IMG/VR virus record: IMGVR_UViG_3300020438_000050
Coordinates: 1 to 55,830 of that record
Strand: one strand, 5' to 3'
From: a virus
Taxonomy: Duplodnaviria; Caudoviricetes
Length of the DNA stretch: 55,830 bases
The notes below the pieces were generated by a model that had not been told where the DNA came from, searched no databases, and worked only from the letters and a program-made list of their open reading frames with translations. Position numbers and translations under genes: made by a program. This document shows positions 18,738-29,505 of the stretch, piece by piece. Every line of letters begins with the position of its first letter. The stretch's first letter is position 1.

Positions 18738-21700
18738 GCCTGTGCTTCACCCCATCTTAGAATAAGGTTTGCATTTGCATCCGCACCCGAAACCTTATAC
18801 ACGTTAATTGCAAGAACATCTGGACCATTTGGGAAGGTTCCTCTGCCACCTAGTGTGGTATTTGTAAGTTCTTTCAATTCACTAAAGTCCACAGTTGATC
18901 TTTCTCCTGGGTTAGCAATAAACGAAAATACTGTTTCGCCCGGCTGTGCAAACGGAGGTTGACTAAATGCAAATTGTATTGTTCCTGTGCCTGCAGCTAG
19001 TGTTCCTGTAAATGCGTTGTTAAACTGTACTTCGTAATATGTTACACTACCAAATATTTTTTGGGATATTGCAGATACACTTGTGTTTGCAGGGAATACT
19101 ACACTTCCGCCGGATTCGGTTACTGGTGTTCCTAGCGTAATACCCGAAGCAGCATAACTAGTTGAGTCTATGTATGCATAGTTCCTGTTTACAAGCGTAG
19201 CATTTCGAGTAATGTCAAATCTATTTGATTGATTTCCATTAATGTTGCCTGATATACGATTTGAAAGTCGAAGATAGCCATAGTCGCCGCTACCGTTTAT
19301 CTGTCCGCCAGTAATAGTTGTGTTAGCTGGAATTCGACCTTGAACGTTATCTACAATAGATGCTCCAAGGACTGCATTAATATCGGTTCCGAATGTATTT
19401 CTAAAGTCTGTTGCGTTAACATAAACTACACTATTTCTTCGATAACTGGTATATATACCACTGTCTAATGTGCCAGTTGTATTAGATATTTGAGTACCTG
19501 TGGTGTTTGTAACAGTGTTATCAGTTGTCCAGTTCACACTACCACCTGATGCAACTTGTGCAAAGCTAGGTTGTCCACCTTGTGCAACGCTTGACAGTCC
19601 TGTCCAACCAACATCTGCTGGATTAATTGGATAGTTTTGTGGATTCAACACACCTTCAATAACAATGCCGCCTTGAATAGGAGTGCCGTCGCTTTCAAAA
19701 CCATCTGATGTAATTTCTAGTCCTTGCAACAACAACTGTGCTCTGTTAAGCAATTCTCTTTCACCTAGGTCGCCAATAATAGCATTAGAAACACTAGGTG
19801 CTAGTCTTAACATAAACGCTGTTTGTTTAATTGTATTTGCATTAAGACCTGTTTCAGCGTATGAGAAAATGTATCCTCTATCTTCGTCAAATCCGCCATC
19901 TGTTAAAAATGCTGAACCCCAGTGTGATATCAACGGAGTAATTGTATTACTAATTAATACTACTCCAGTTTTATCTACGTGTGCGTCCGCTGCGCCTGCG
20001 CTATACGTTCTTTCTGCTCCTGATTGGAAGTTAGTTAGTGCAGTGCCTCTTGTACATCCAGTAAGTGTATTTGTTGTTTTGTCATTAGCAGTAAAACTAA
20101 TAATTTCATTATCGATGTACACAGTTCCAAACTCTGGGAAGAAACTACTATCTAATAACGGAATCGTAGTTTGTGTATTATCTAGTGCTGCTGCAAGTTT
20201 TGCTGGATAGCCTTCGTTAGTAACTTCGTAACGCACAGGCAAGTTACCTGAACGCATAAACGCTTCTGTGTTTACGTTTGAGTTACGCATTCTATGTGCA
20301 AATACAAAGTTACCATCTGAGCCACGTAGCATAAAGTCGATAAAACCAGCACCATACCAACTGTATTGAATACCGATCATTTGCATCTTAGCAATGTCAA
20401 TATCGTAACCACTTGGTCCAGCACCGTCAAGTGTATCTAAGTTAAAGTCTTGCTGTTTCACTTTTTTGTCAACTACTAAATTAGCTTTTGCACCAGTAAT
20501 ATCAGTAACACCTCTAAAATCTGGTGTTACATTGATTTCTGTTTGGCTAACAACGTGTGATACAACATGTGTCATACCTCTAATAATAATTCTATCGCCA
20601 GCCTTTGTTTGGTCTCTAAATCTTGTTGCTGTACCAGTAACAGTATTGCTGTCAACTTCAATAGCACATGTTCCTGCTAATTGTTGTGTACCTGTACGTT
20701 GATTTACACTAACGTTTTGTCCATCAAATTCCCAAAAAATACCATTTTGATCATCAAAAATACCAGAACGTACAGTTGCGCCGTGCCATGCAACAACACT
20801 CATTTGGGAGCCAAAACCAAGTACAGCTTCTTGTTTCATTACCGGAACAGTATCTTCTACTGTGCCTACATTTCTTCTTGATTTTAATTCAGCTAGCGCA
20901 ATTTTCACTCGGTTATCTATAGTTGCAGTTTGACTAATACCTTGCAAATGATTTGTAAGTGCAGTTTTGTCATCTACTGTTATAGAATCGCTTTCGTTAA
21001 AATCGCCCCACTTACGACCGTCATATGCTGTTTCATTAAGGAAAAAGTCGTGTACATCGCTTGTGTTAGTATCAAGTAATACTTCGTCAAATACTTGTAC
21101 TAACGGCCAATCAGCAATTGCTGTTGCTTCTAAAAATTCAGTGTCATCAGCAAGACGTCTGAGTGCCCTCACTTTGAAAGTTCTTTCATTTATAACTTCT
21201 TGTACAGTATAATCAAACTCGGGGGGTACTACTGTTTCTGTACCACTGTTGTAGCCGCTACTTTCTACAGCTAATAATCTAATTATACCGCCTACTTGAA
21301 CTCCGTGATCGTTATCGTCTGTCGTAATAGTAATTAAAGAATTAACTTCTGTGCCATCGGCAGTTACACTTGCTAAATCATAGCTTGGTGCAAATAGAGC
21401 ACCAGTTGTGTACATAATACCTTTACCTGATTGGTAACGAATATATTTTTTACTTTGACGTATTGCTTGCGCTCCGTGCTGCGGGCCGCCAGTTCCTAAC
21501 TGAACGCCGCCGTCAAATGGCCTATGAATAAAGAAACTATCTGGCCTAGTATAGAATGTTCCTGAAATAACATCTGAAGCACTAGTTGAGATTGATCCTG
21601 CAGCTCTTGCTACAAATCTTAATTGATTAGTTGAAGGTATATTAGTTGCAAGGAAAGCACCCGATGCAAGTAAATGGTTGTTTGATCCATCATCTGAACC

Positions 21701-24700
21701 AATAACTGTTATGAAACTGTTGCCAGGAACAATACCATGTGGAGTATCAAATGTTGCTTCAATTGTTGCTAACTCGCTGAAGCTAATAGATGTAGTTTGT
21801 GGCACAGGTTCTGTTGTTACTTCACTCATTGTAAATGTACAAATTAATGCTACACTATCACCCGGATTAGCACCTGTAAAGTTTGGAGTATACGATGTTA
21901 CTGCACCCGCGTTTACACCGGTTACAAAAAACGTTAAATCGTGTGTACCATCACCGTCTAATTGTGATCCAGGTACAAACAAAGTATTACCAATTTCATA
22001 GTTTGTGCCGCCTTGAGTAATTAATATATTATCATATATGCCGTTTATTCTTCTAATAGTAAACTCGGCGCCTGATCCTGCCGGTACATCAGCTTGTGGT
22101 GCTACATTAGTATATGCTAATGTGCCGTTATTACCACTGCCTGTTGAGTTGAATGTTAACACAGCACCTGTGGCGTCCACTGTTAGCACTGTGATTATAA
22201 TATCGTTAGTTGGTGTTGCACCGCCAACTAAGTTACCTAATATTTTTAATTCTTGGTTCGGCGCATAATTGGTGCCGCCCGTAGCAAGTGTTATCGTATA
22301 TACTGTTGCATTTAAGTCAACATCAAATGTTGCTCCAGTTGGGTTAATAATTTCGATAATACCTGTTGTAAATGATTCATTATTTACAGATACACCAGCT
22401 GCGCTTGATGCTGTAATAGATCCACTACCGTCTACGTTATCAATTGTTACAGTACAATCGTTAGTTGTTGATGCGCCTCCTAGGTCTGCACCATCAACTG
22501 TAAATTGATCTCCAATACTATATCCTGCGCCGCCGTTTAGTAAAGGAATAATTGCTTGGTACACAGTGCCTACACGTCTTATATCTACAGTTGCGCTTGT
22601 GCCCCCTGCGGCTGAAGTTGTATAAGGTACATCTGAATAAACAACATCAGCATCTGCGCCTGTGCCAGAAATACTTATTCCTGTAATTGCACCGGTTCTT
22701 CCGCCCACAGTACCTACACTAGTAACTGTACATATCGCATCATTAGTTGAATCAATGCCTCCAAGGTTTGAACCTAATATTCTAAATGTATCATTTGCTA
22801 TAAAGTCATCAGATACATCACCTGCATTTAGTGCTATTGAATATACATTATTGTTAACTGTAACGTCTACTAATACGTCTCGACCTTGGCCGCCTTCGTA
22901 TATTGCGCCGGAACCGTTAAATGATGCTGTTCCGCCAACGGCTGTACCTGACAAAGTAACAGTTGTTATTGCTCCTAACGGACTTGTAGCAACACTGTCA
23001 ACATAAATTAAACAGTCATTTGTAGGAGTTGTTCCGCCTAGAATCGTACCTAATACTTTTAGTCTATCCCCAGCTTTATAATCAACACCGGCTGTAGCAA
23101 TTGCATCTAAAGAATAAGATCCACCAGATCTAGTAATGTCAAATGTTGCACCTAGACCATCTACTGGTTCGGTGCTAGGTAATACTCCGGTATATGTTTT
23201 AGTATTAGAAGCTAAGTTTGATGTTAATCCGCCACTCAGTGTAAGTGTATTACCTACAATATTATTAACAAATATAGCTTGTCCGTCGCCGCGATCTAAT
23301 GCAAGGTTTGCAAGTATACCTGTAGAATCTACTACTTCAATATCAGTATCTCCAATTACTGCATTTTCTGCAATTTCTAATGTACTAAATTCGCCGCCGC
23401 CAGATGAGTTATCAACAAAGTTTGTAACCTGTGCGCCTAGTGGTATTCCGGTGCCAGTTAACGGTGAGCCAACTTCTGGACTATTACCGTCATATGGCAG
23501 TGTGTTAGAACCTGTCGGAACAGACAATTCAGTTATCATTGTTCCTGCACTACCATTACTTACAACTTGGAAATTTGCATTAGTAATGCCAGCGCCTGTA
23601 TAAAATCCAGCTTCTCTTAACTGCGTGTATCCCGTAGAAAGTACATCACCATTATTAGTGCCAACTTTTGACTTTGCATAATATGTAAAAGTATTGTCAG
23701 TTGGTGTTTCGACTATAACAAAACTACCTTCTCCTCTAGCTGCTCCCGAAACTGCATTTTCTAAAGCTTTAATTGTTATAGGAGTTCCTGAATCAAAACC
23801 ATGTGGTGCAACTGTTGTTACTGTAATTAATGATGCACCTACGCCACTTGTTCCTGCACTTGCATCAGTTACAACTGATAATACTTCGGAACTAGTTCCA
23901 GGTATTTCGTATACACTAGGATACCCTCTCATCATAGCAATTGCAGACCATTTAGTAGGCTGAAGCCCGTACTCAAAGTCAGCATCGAGCATACTTAGTG
24001 GCGGTGCAATACGCATACGCTCAATAGCATCTGTACCAAAATCGTATGGTCTTACTGTTTGAACACTTTTGCCGTTTTCTATTTTTTCTACAAAAATTTG
24101 TATATCATCAGTTTCTGATTGATCTTCAGTGTTGATATTAAGCCATAACATAGTGACTGCGTCAGTTGTTTGTAAATAAGACTTAAAGTTTTCGTTAGTA
24201 CCTTTTGTTTGTAATTCAACCTTTGCGCCTGCATTAACATCAGCAAAGTTATAAATGATATTGTTTGTAGTTGTATTTGAAGCAATTAAAATTTCATCTT
24301 GATCGTATCTACCTTGGAAAGATAGTTTACCAATTGTATTTTCTTCATATGTTGGCAAGCTTGATACACCGTTGTGTATTACGTTTATAACAACATTACT
24401 TAACGTATCTATACGAGTGCTTGCAACCGCTTCTCCGTTGGTTGAATTTGTAGTTTGTGTAACTTCACTATTCAACACTTGCGGATATGTAGTATTTTGG
24501 AATATATAATCTGTAAGTAAGCGTTGAATAAGTGCATGGGATGCTAATTCTGCACCTCTATCGCCGTCAACTTGAGCAACTCCGTTGTCCCAATAGTAAT
24601 TTACATACTTGTATGTTTTTTCGTTGCCGCCATATCGTAAGTCATTCTTATATGCATCTAATATTAGTCCAACATCTCGTTCGCACTTATCTGCACTTGT

Positions 24701-25483
24701 ATTAACATAGTTAAAAAATACATCACTAACACCATCTGTAACTGCACTTTCAAATGTGTGTACAGAAGTATCAGAAGATATGCCTACATTTACTGAAACT
24801 GTTGTATCGCCTATATCTGTAATAATAATAGGTTTGTTATAGTACGGATCATGACCTGTTGCGTTTGGCACGCCAACAGGTCTTGGATATGGGTGTAATG
24901 TAGCATTACCATCTAATGCGCATCTAAAAGTAATTCCGTGTGTAGCTATATTAATTGCGTCTCCAACATTAAAGTTGTGACTTAGTACTACAGAATTTGT
25001 TAATGAACTAACAAAAGTATGCACAGAAACATCATCTGTTCTTACTCCAAGATCAACTGTGATTGTAGTTGCACTTACAGCATTAATTCTTATTGCGTAT
25101 GTTGGATATGTAGGCTGAGTATTACTTGTATTTGACCAAGTTATTCCGTTAGCAGAAACTTTTATATATTGGCCAACGGTTAAAGTATGAGTTCCTATTG
25201 TAAGTACAGCATCGCCCGAACTAGGGTTATAAGTACCTGTAGTTGGAGTAAACATTGTATTAGGAATAATAGTAAGTTCCATAACTCCAGTTGCAGGTAA
25301 GTAAGTTGCAGTTTGGGGTGTATATTGCCTTGCGTCCAATACTTTTTGTGTTATATATGCATTAACTTCCTTTTGTAAAAAGGATTTATTGCTTGTAAGT
25401 AATGAATATGCATTAGGATAAAGATTTTCTAATCCACCCATTCCTGGTTTAAATACGTAATTTTTTATTTGTGTTTTTGCCAT
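18734..25483 (-). CDS. Giant virion structural protein (baseplate/fibre) with internal repeats
   Basis: 2249 aa, Gly/Thr/Ser-rich beta repeats, a KCERDVG helical module shared with 34888-40596, RQSKKYIRYQSGKG and YSWYGAG segments. Confidence 0.75.
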   Translation of the reverse strand: MAKTQIKNYVFKPGMGGLENLYPNAYSLLTSNKSFLQKEVNAYITQKVLDARQYTPQTATYLPATGVMELTIIPNTMFTPTTGTYNPSSGDAVLTIGTHTLTVGQYIKVSANGITWSNTSNTQPTYPTYAIRINAVSATTITVDLGVRTDDVSVHTFVSSLTNSVVLSHNFNVGDAINIATHGITFRCALDGNATLHPYPRPVGVPNATGHDPYYNKPIIITDIGDTTVSVNVGISSDTSVHTFESAVTDGVSDVFFNYVNTSADKCERDVGLILDAYKNDLRYGGNEKTYKYVNYYWDNGVAQVDGDRGAELASHALIQRLLTDYIFQNTTYPQVLNSEVTQTTNSTNGEAVASTRIDTLSNVVINVIHNGVSSLPTYEENTIGKLSFQGRYDQDEILIASNTTTNNIIYNFADVNAGAKVELQTKGTNENFKSYLQTTDAVTMLWLNINTEDQSETDDIQIFVEKIENGKSVQTVRPYDFGTDAIERMRIAPPLSMLDADFEYGLQPTKWSAIAMMRGYPSVYEIPGTSSEVLSVVTDASAGTSGVGASLITVTTVAPHGFDSGTPITIKALENAVSGAARGEGSFVIVETPTDNTFTYYAKSKVGTNNGDVLSTGYTQLREAGFYTGAGITNANFQVVSNGSAGTMITELSVPTGSNTLPYDGNSPEVGSPLTGTGIPLGAQVTNFVDNSSGGGEFSTLEIAENAVIGDTDIEVVDSTGILANLALDRGDGQAIFVNNIVGNTLTLSGGLTSNLASNTKTYTGVLPSTEPVDGLGATFDITRSGGSYSLDAIATAGVDYKAGDRLKVLGTILGGTTPTNDCLIYVDSVATSPLGAITTVTLSGTAVGGTASFNGSGAIYEGGQGRDVLVDVTVNNNVYSIALNAGDVSDDFIANDTFRILGSNLGGIDSTNDAICTVTSVGTVGGRTGAITGISISGTGADADVVYSDVPYTTSAAGGTSATVDIRRVGTVYQAIIPLLNGGAGYSIGDQFTVDGADLGGASTTNDCTVTIDNVDGSGSITASSAAGVSVNNESFTTGIIEIINPTGATFDVDLNATVYTITLATGGTNYAPNQELKILGNLVGGATPTNDIIITVLTVDATGAVLTFNSTGSGNNGTLAYTNVAPQADVPAGSGAEFTIRRINGIYDNILITQGGTNYEIGNTLFVPGSQLDGDGTHDLTFFVTGVNAGAVTSYTPNFTGANPGDSVALICTFTMSEVTTEPVPQTTSISFSELATIEATFDTPHGIVPGNSFITVIGSDDGSNNHLLASGAFLATNIPSTNQLRFVARAAGSISTSASDVISGTFYTRPDSFFIHRPFDGGVQLGTGGPQHGAQAIRQSKKYIRYQSGKGIMYTTGALFAPSYDLASVTADGTEVNSLITITTDDNDHGVQVGGIIRLLAVESSGYNSGTETVVPPEFDYTVQEVINERTFKVRALRRLADDTEFLEATAIADWPLVQVFDEVLLDTNTSDVHDFFLNETAYDGRKWGDFNESDSITVDDKTALTNHLQGISQTATIDNRVKIALAELKSRRNVGTVEDTVPVMKQEAVLGFGSQMSVVAWHGATVRSGIFDDQNGIFWEFDGQNVSVNQRTGTQQLAGTCAIEVDSNTVTGTATRFRDQTKAGDRIIIRGMTHVVSHVVSQTEINVTPDFRGVTDITGAKANLVVDKKVKQQDFNLDTLDGAGPSGYDIDIAKMQMIGIQYSWYGAGFIDFMLRGSDGNFVFAHRMRNSNVNTEAFMRSGNLPVRYEVTNEGYPAKLAAALDNTQTTIPLLDSSFFPEFGTVYIDNEIISFTANDKTTNTLTGCTRGTALTNFQSGAERTYSAGAADAHVDKTGVVLISNTITPLISHWGSAFLTDGGFDEDRGYIFSYAETGLNANTIKQTAFMLRLAPSVSNAIIGDLGERELLNRAQLLLQGLEITSDGFESDGTPIQGGIVIEGVLNPQNYPINPADVGWTGLSSVAQGGQPSFAQVASGGSVNWTTDNTVTNTTGTQISNTTGTLDSGIYTSYRRNSVVYVNATDFRNTFGTDINAVLGASIVDNVQGRIPANTTITGGQINGSGDYGYLRLSNRISGNINGNQSNRFDITRNATLVNRNYAYIDSTSYAASGITLGTPVTESGGSVVFPANTSVSAISQKIFGSVTYYEVQFNNAFTGTLAAGTGTIQFAFSQPPFAQPGETVFSFIANPGERSTVDFSELKELTNTTLGGRGTFPNGPDVLAINVYKVSGADANANLILRWGEAQA
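21870..23180 (-). repeat. Five degenerate ~80-aa protein repeats
   Basis: Recurring GATFD...G.DY..GD....G..LGG..PTND....V..V...GAIT units; boundaries approximate. Confidence 0.7.
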
Positions 25484-25486
25484 TTT

Positions 25487-26395
25487 TTATGATCCAAGTG
25501 CAATTGCGTAGACTATTGATGTTACATCTACGTATGTTTTATTTGTCATGCTAGTATTTATAGTCGGAGCGTTTGCCACCGTACCACTGGTGAATGCAGC
25601 AGTAGAAGGCGTAGTTGCTCCTATTGGTGATGCATCTATTGTACTAGATGTAATAGCACTACTTACAATAGGTATGCTTAACCCATTGTCTGTAATTCTA
25701 CCTTTTAGTTCGTTGTTTATTTGAAAAACTACTTTATTAGTAGCATTTATTTCTAGGTTAGTTGTACTATCTAGTTTAGAAATCCCTAAACCGTCAATAT
25801 CTAATCCGCTTGTAGTAGTTGATCCGCCTACATGTAGATTCTTTGCTACTCCCATTCCACCGGACACTTGCAGTGCCCCTGAAGTAGTGCTTGTGCTTTG
25901 TGTTACACTAGTAACTTCTAGTGTACCAAACACACCTGATTGATCTTGTATGTTTATTGTGCCAACTATTGTTCCGTCAACGTTTCCATAGTACAACGTA
26001 TTAGGTGCGTCTAATGCAACAGACAATTGTAACTGTCCATCTACTTTACCTTGAGCAAATTGTTCTACTGTTCCATCTGAATGTACTAATCCAGTATTAT
26101 ATAATGTAGTGCCTGCACTATCAGAATATATTTTCATAACCAAATCATCTAGATCTAAGTTGAATGTATATCTTGCATTCCTATAAATTGTTATAGGTGG
26201 ATTTTCTCCAGCTTCGCCTGTAAAAATAAAACCGGTAGCTGTATCGGAAAGAGTCCAGTCACTTACTCCGCCGCCGCCGCCTCCGGCACCCGCTGCTTGA
26301 ATGGAAGTTGCAACTATGTTACCATTTGCATCTACAGAAAATCCCGGGCTCGCAAAACCAAAATCTGATTCAAATGGATTATTTGTTATAGGCAT
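25487..26395 (-). CDS. Tail fibre-like structural protein
   Basis: TSGALQVSGGMGVAKNLHVGG fibre repeat, NKTYVD motif, C-terminal YAIALGS; late motif at 26417-26424. Confidence 0.7.
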   Translation of the reverse strand: MPITNNPFESDFGFASPGFSVDANGNIVATSIQAAGAGGGGGGVSDWTLSDTATGFIFTGEAGENPPITIYRNARYTFNLDLDDLVMKIYSDSAGTTLYNTGLVHSDGTVEQFAQGKVDGQLQLSVALDAPNTLYYGNVDGTIVGTINIQDQSGVFGTLEVTSVTQSTSTTSGALQVSGGMGVAKNLHVGGSTTTSGLDIDGLGISKLDSTTNLEINATNKVVFQINNELKGRITDNGLSIPIVSSAITSSTIDASPIGATTPSTAAFTSGTVANAPTINTSMTNKTYVDVTSIVYAIALGS

Positions 26396-26419
26396 TTACT
26401 TCTTACTCCGTTAATGTAT

Positions 26420-26821
26420 TTATTTGTCTGACAGCGTATGGTAATAATTTGCACTGTATATAATTCTAGCTCCTGCTAATTCTTCTCTAGTAGGTCCTAC
26501 AATTAATTTAAAAACTGAAAGATCTACATTACCAGTTACAGTAATAAGTTTTTCTTCAATATTTGCCCTACCGTAAATTGTTACTGCTGCATCCTCAGGT
26601 CCTGCAACAACTAAAACTTTTACAACCTCTTTACTATCCCTACCGTTGTCTACAACTAATGTATATTCAGCGGACATAATTTCGCCAACATGCCACGAGT
26701 CTATTACTGTGTTATTATAGACTTGTTTTTCTAGTCCTTTGTGTGATAGTTGAGTATTGTTTCTAAGCTTTAATGAGCCTTTAGCCCCTCTATCAAAGTA
26801 GTCTGTAAAATCCATTATCAT
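26420..26821 (-). CDS. Small structural protein
   Basis: Beta-rich 133 aa; GATAAATA at 26842-26849. Confidence 0.6.
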   Translation of the reverse strand: MIMDFTDYFDRGAKGSLKLRNNTQLSHKGLEKQVYNNTVIDSWHVGEIMSAEYTLVVDNGRDSKEVVKVLVVAGPEDAAVTIYGRANIEEKLITVTGNVDLSVFKLIVGPTREELAGARIIYSANYYHTLSDK

Positions 26822-26885
26822 CTCGCTCTCAGTATTAGTTATATTTATCTAAAATGATCATAAGTACAACACACAGGAGTTATTG

Positions 26886-27614
26886 ATGTTTAGAAAAAAA
26901 CCAATTATATTAGATTGCTATACTAGCAACAAATCGTATTTTATAAATGCAAAACCTACATTTGGGACAGAACGGCCTAAGCCTACTTGGTTAGAAGAAT
27001 TAAAAACAACCGTAACTTTATGGATTGAGCAAATAGGCATGCACAATAAAATGAGTACTGTAGGTATATGTCCCGGTATTAGAGACTTTATGTCTAAAGC
27101 TATACATTTTCCTATGTGGGCAGATCTTGATATACGTATGAATCCGGACGCAACTTGGTCAACTACAATTGAAATGCGGCCGTTTGATTTAAATGTTAGC
27201 GAGCATCCTCCAGAGCAATGGAAAGGAGTATATAAGGGTCAGCGTGTGGCACTAAAGTTAGAAAATCCTTGGAAGCTTAGATGTTCAGAACCTGTTGATT
27301 TTTTAATGATGGATTCACATTATAGTTCCTCTTATTTAAAAGACAAGGGTATATATCAGTCACCTGGTCTTACAAATTTTAAATATCAAGTTAGCACTAA
27401 TGTACACCTTAATTGCCCAGTAAAGCCAGAACCATATATTGTAACACTAAAATTTGGACATCCTCTAATGTCTATGTTTCCAATGACAGAACGTCCAGTT
27501 GAACTAAGATATCATCAAATATCAGTTGAGGAATGGGCGCAGATGGGAAATCATATGCCTGCAACAATGGTAGGAAGATATTATAGACAACAAGGAGTAA
27601 AGCCAGTTAAATGA
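26886..27614 (+). CDS. Hypothetical beta-fold protein (DUF6065-like)
   Basis: CPGIRDF...PMWADL...KLENPW...PG...GHPLMSMFP pattern; SD AGGAG and CATAAGTA upstream; appears paralogous to the next gene. Confidence 0.5.
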   Translation: MFRKKPIILDCYTSNKSYFINAKPTFGTERPKPTWLEELKTTVTLWIEQIGMHNKMSTVGICPGIRDFMSKAIHFPMWADLDIRMNPDATWSTTIEMRPFDLNVSEHPPEQWKGVYKGQRVALKLENPWKLRCSEPVDFLMMDSHYSSSYLKDKGIYQSPGLTNFKYQVSTNVHLNCPVKPEPYIVTLKFGHPLMSMFPMTERPVELRYHQISVEEWAQMGNHMPATMVGRYYRQQGVKPVK

Positions 27615-28324
27615 CAAAAATTGTCTATTGGGCGCCTTGGGGGCCTGTCGATCAAGTTGCTGAACAGTTTTTATCATATTCAGATCCTGTAAATGTTTTA
27701 CAGGATCTACAGTCTAACATAAACAAAGAAAATAAGCAAGATAATTTTTTAAATTGTCCAGCGTTTACAAATCAATATAAAAATACTTGGTTACTGAATA
27801 GTCCTACGTTTGCAGATATAGAAATTACTTCTAACGGAGTAATTGGAAATAATGATACTACTGACAAACATTTAATAATTAAACAACCCAGCCTACTTAA
27901 TTCACATACAATAAAAGTTTCAGCAAACTGGATCTTTTTCTGTGAAGAAAGTTTACATTTAGAATCAATGCATCCGTTTATGCACAAAACATCAGCGTCT
28001 GATTATGGATACTATGTACCAGGTGGATTTGATATAAATCAATGGTTTAGGCCATTAGAATATGCATATCAAATGTATCCTAATGAAACTAAATTTAAAA
28101 TACTTCAGGGCGAGCCAATGATGTATGTAAGGGCAAATACAACAGATCGAGTTATATTTAAGAAATTTAGAATGACAGAGGAACTGTTTAATCATTCGTT
28201 AAGTTGTGTAAGATTAAAAACTTTTTGGAAACAAAGAAGTTTAGCAAAATTATATTCTATGTTTAATGAGTCAAAAATTAAAAAAAATATAATACAAGAG
28301 ATAAAAAAGAATGTAATGGAGTAA
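27611..28324 (+). CDS. Hypothetical beta-fold protein (DUF6065-like)
   Basis: CPAF...PGGFDINQWFRP...GEPMMY pattern; ATGA overlap with the upstream gene. Confidence 0.5.
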   Translation: MTKIVYWAPWGPVDQVAEQFLSYSDPVNVLQDLQSNINKENKQDNFLNCPAFTNQYKNTWLLNSPTFADIEITSNGVIGNNDTTDKHLIIKQPSLLNSHTIKVSANWIFFCEESLHLESMHPFMHKTSASDYGYYVPGGFDINQWFRPLEYAYQMYPNETKFKILQGEPMMYVRANTTDRVIFKKFRMTEELFNHSLSCVRLKTFWKQRSLAKLYSMFNESKIKKNIIQEIKKNVME

Positions 28325-28327
28325 CTT

Positions 28328-28897
28328 ATGGAGATTGTTAACTTTTTCCCCACGCAAATTTTTAAAGATATTGTAAATGAAAATATGAAAAACGATCTTT
28401 TAAAATTATGCAATGATTACACATCTAAGACTCAAACAAATTTACTACATATAGATAATTTTCCTAGTACACTTGCAAATACTGAATTATCTTATCCTGT
28501 AAATACAGACCCTACAGTAAAAATGGTATTCGAGTATCTGTATGAAATTGCAAATAATTTTGCGAGTCAGCGACAGCAATTTGTTGATAAAGATTCTTTT
28601 CGACCTTACGGCTTTTTTAGTAATATGAAAAAAGGTGCTCATTTGAGAAAACACACTCATAAAGATTGTAGATTTAGTGGAATTATATATTTAGAAGTAG
28701 GTGACGATGTTCCGCAATTACTATTTCATGACCCTAGACCACACGTACAATTTGAACCTAGTGATTATGGTGGTAAGTATATTGAATCAATTAAACCAGA
28801 AAATGGGATGATACTAATGTGGGATAGCTGGTTAACACACGAATTAATGTATAAAGAAAACGATCAACCGAGAAAAGTTTTCTCATTTAATCTATAG
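28328..28897 (+). CDS. 2OG-Fe(II) oxygenase (TIGR02466-like)
   Basis: HTH...SGIIYL...FHDPRP...WLTHE...RKVFSFN. Confidence 0.8.
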   Translation: MEIVNFFPTQIFKDIVNENMKNDLLKLCNDYTSKTQTNLLHIDNFPSTLANTELSYPVNTDPTVKMVFEYLYEIANNFASQRQQFVDKDSFRPYGFFSNMKKGAHLRKHTHKDCRFSGIIYLEVGDDVPQLLFHDPRPHVQFEPSDYGGKYIESIKPENGMILMWDSWLTHELMYKENDQPRKVFSFNL

Positions 28898-28905
28898 GAT
28901 GTAAA

Positions 28906-29505
28906 ATGGATAGCGACTTTAAACAACATATTATGTATATGGAAATACCGATACACTTTTGGGAATTTTCTATGTCTGACACTGAAGAATATACATTAGA
29001 AGAACTGCACAACAATATCGAAAATATTATTAGAAATGGTGGTGATGTGCGTAAACGAGAAACTAATGTAAAAGCTCATATGACTAAGTGGAATATGTTA
29101 GAACATAAAGAATTTGCAGCTATATCAAACAAAGCAACAAAAACTGTAGAAGATTGGCATAGTGAGTACACAGATTTACAACTTAAAACCTTCCAAACAA
29201 CATGCTGGGGTTCTATATATAATAAAGGTGACTATAGTGAAAGACATGCACATGTTCCTGCATTATATAGTTGGGTTTATTATGCAAAAGTAGATGACAA
29301 CTCAGCCCCAATATACTTTCATAACAAACCAGGTATGTATTATAAACCTACTAGCGGTACTGGAATTATTTTTCCAGGATGGTTAGAACACGAAGTACAA
29401 TCTCATGAAGGTGATAATGATAGAGTTATTGTTGTAGGAAACATTGAGGGTACTGGTAGTGTTACATACCCTCAGCGTGAATTTCTTAATGTTAAGGATT
29501 TTTAA
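28906..29505 (+). CDS. 2OG-Fe(II) oxygenase (TIGR02466-like)
   Basis: HAH...SWVYY...FPGWLEHEV...RVIVVGN. Confidence 0.8.
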   Translation: MDSDFKQHIMYMEIPIHFWEFSMSDTEEYTLEELHNNIENIIRNGGDVRKRETNVKAHMTKWNMLEHKEFAAISNKATKTVEDWHSEYTDLQLKTFQTTCWGSIYNKGDYSERHAHVPALYSWVYYAKVDDNSAPIYFHNKPGMYYKPTSGTGIIFPGWLEHEVQSHEGDNDRVIVVGNIEGTGSVTYPQREFLNVKDF

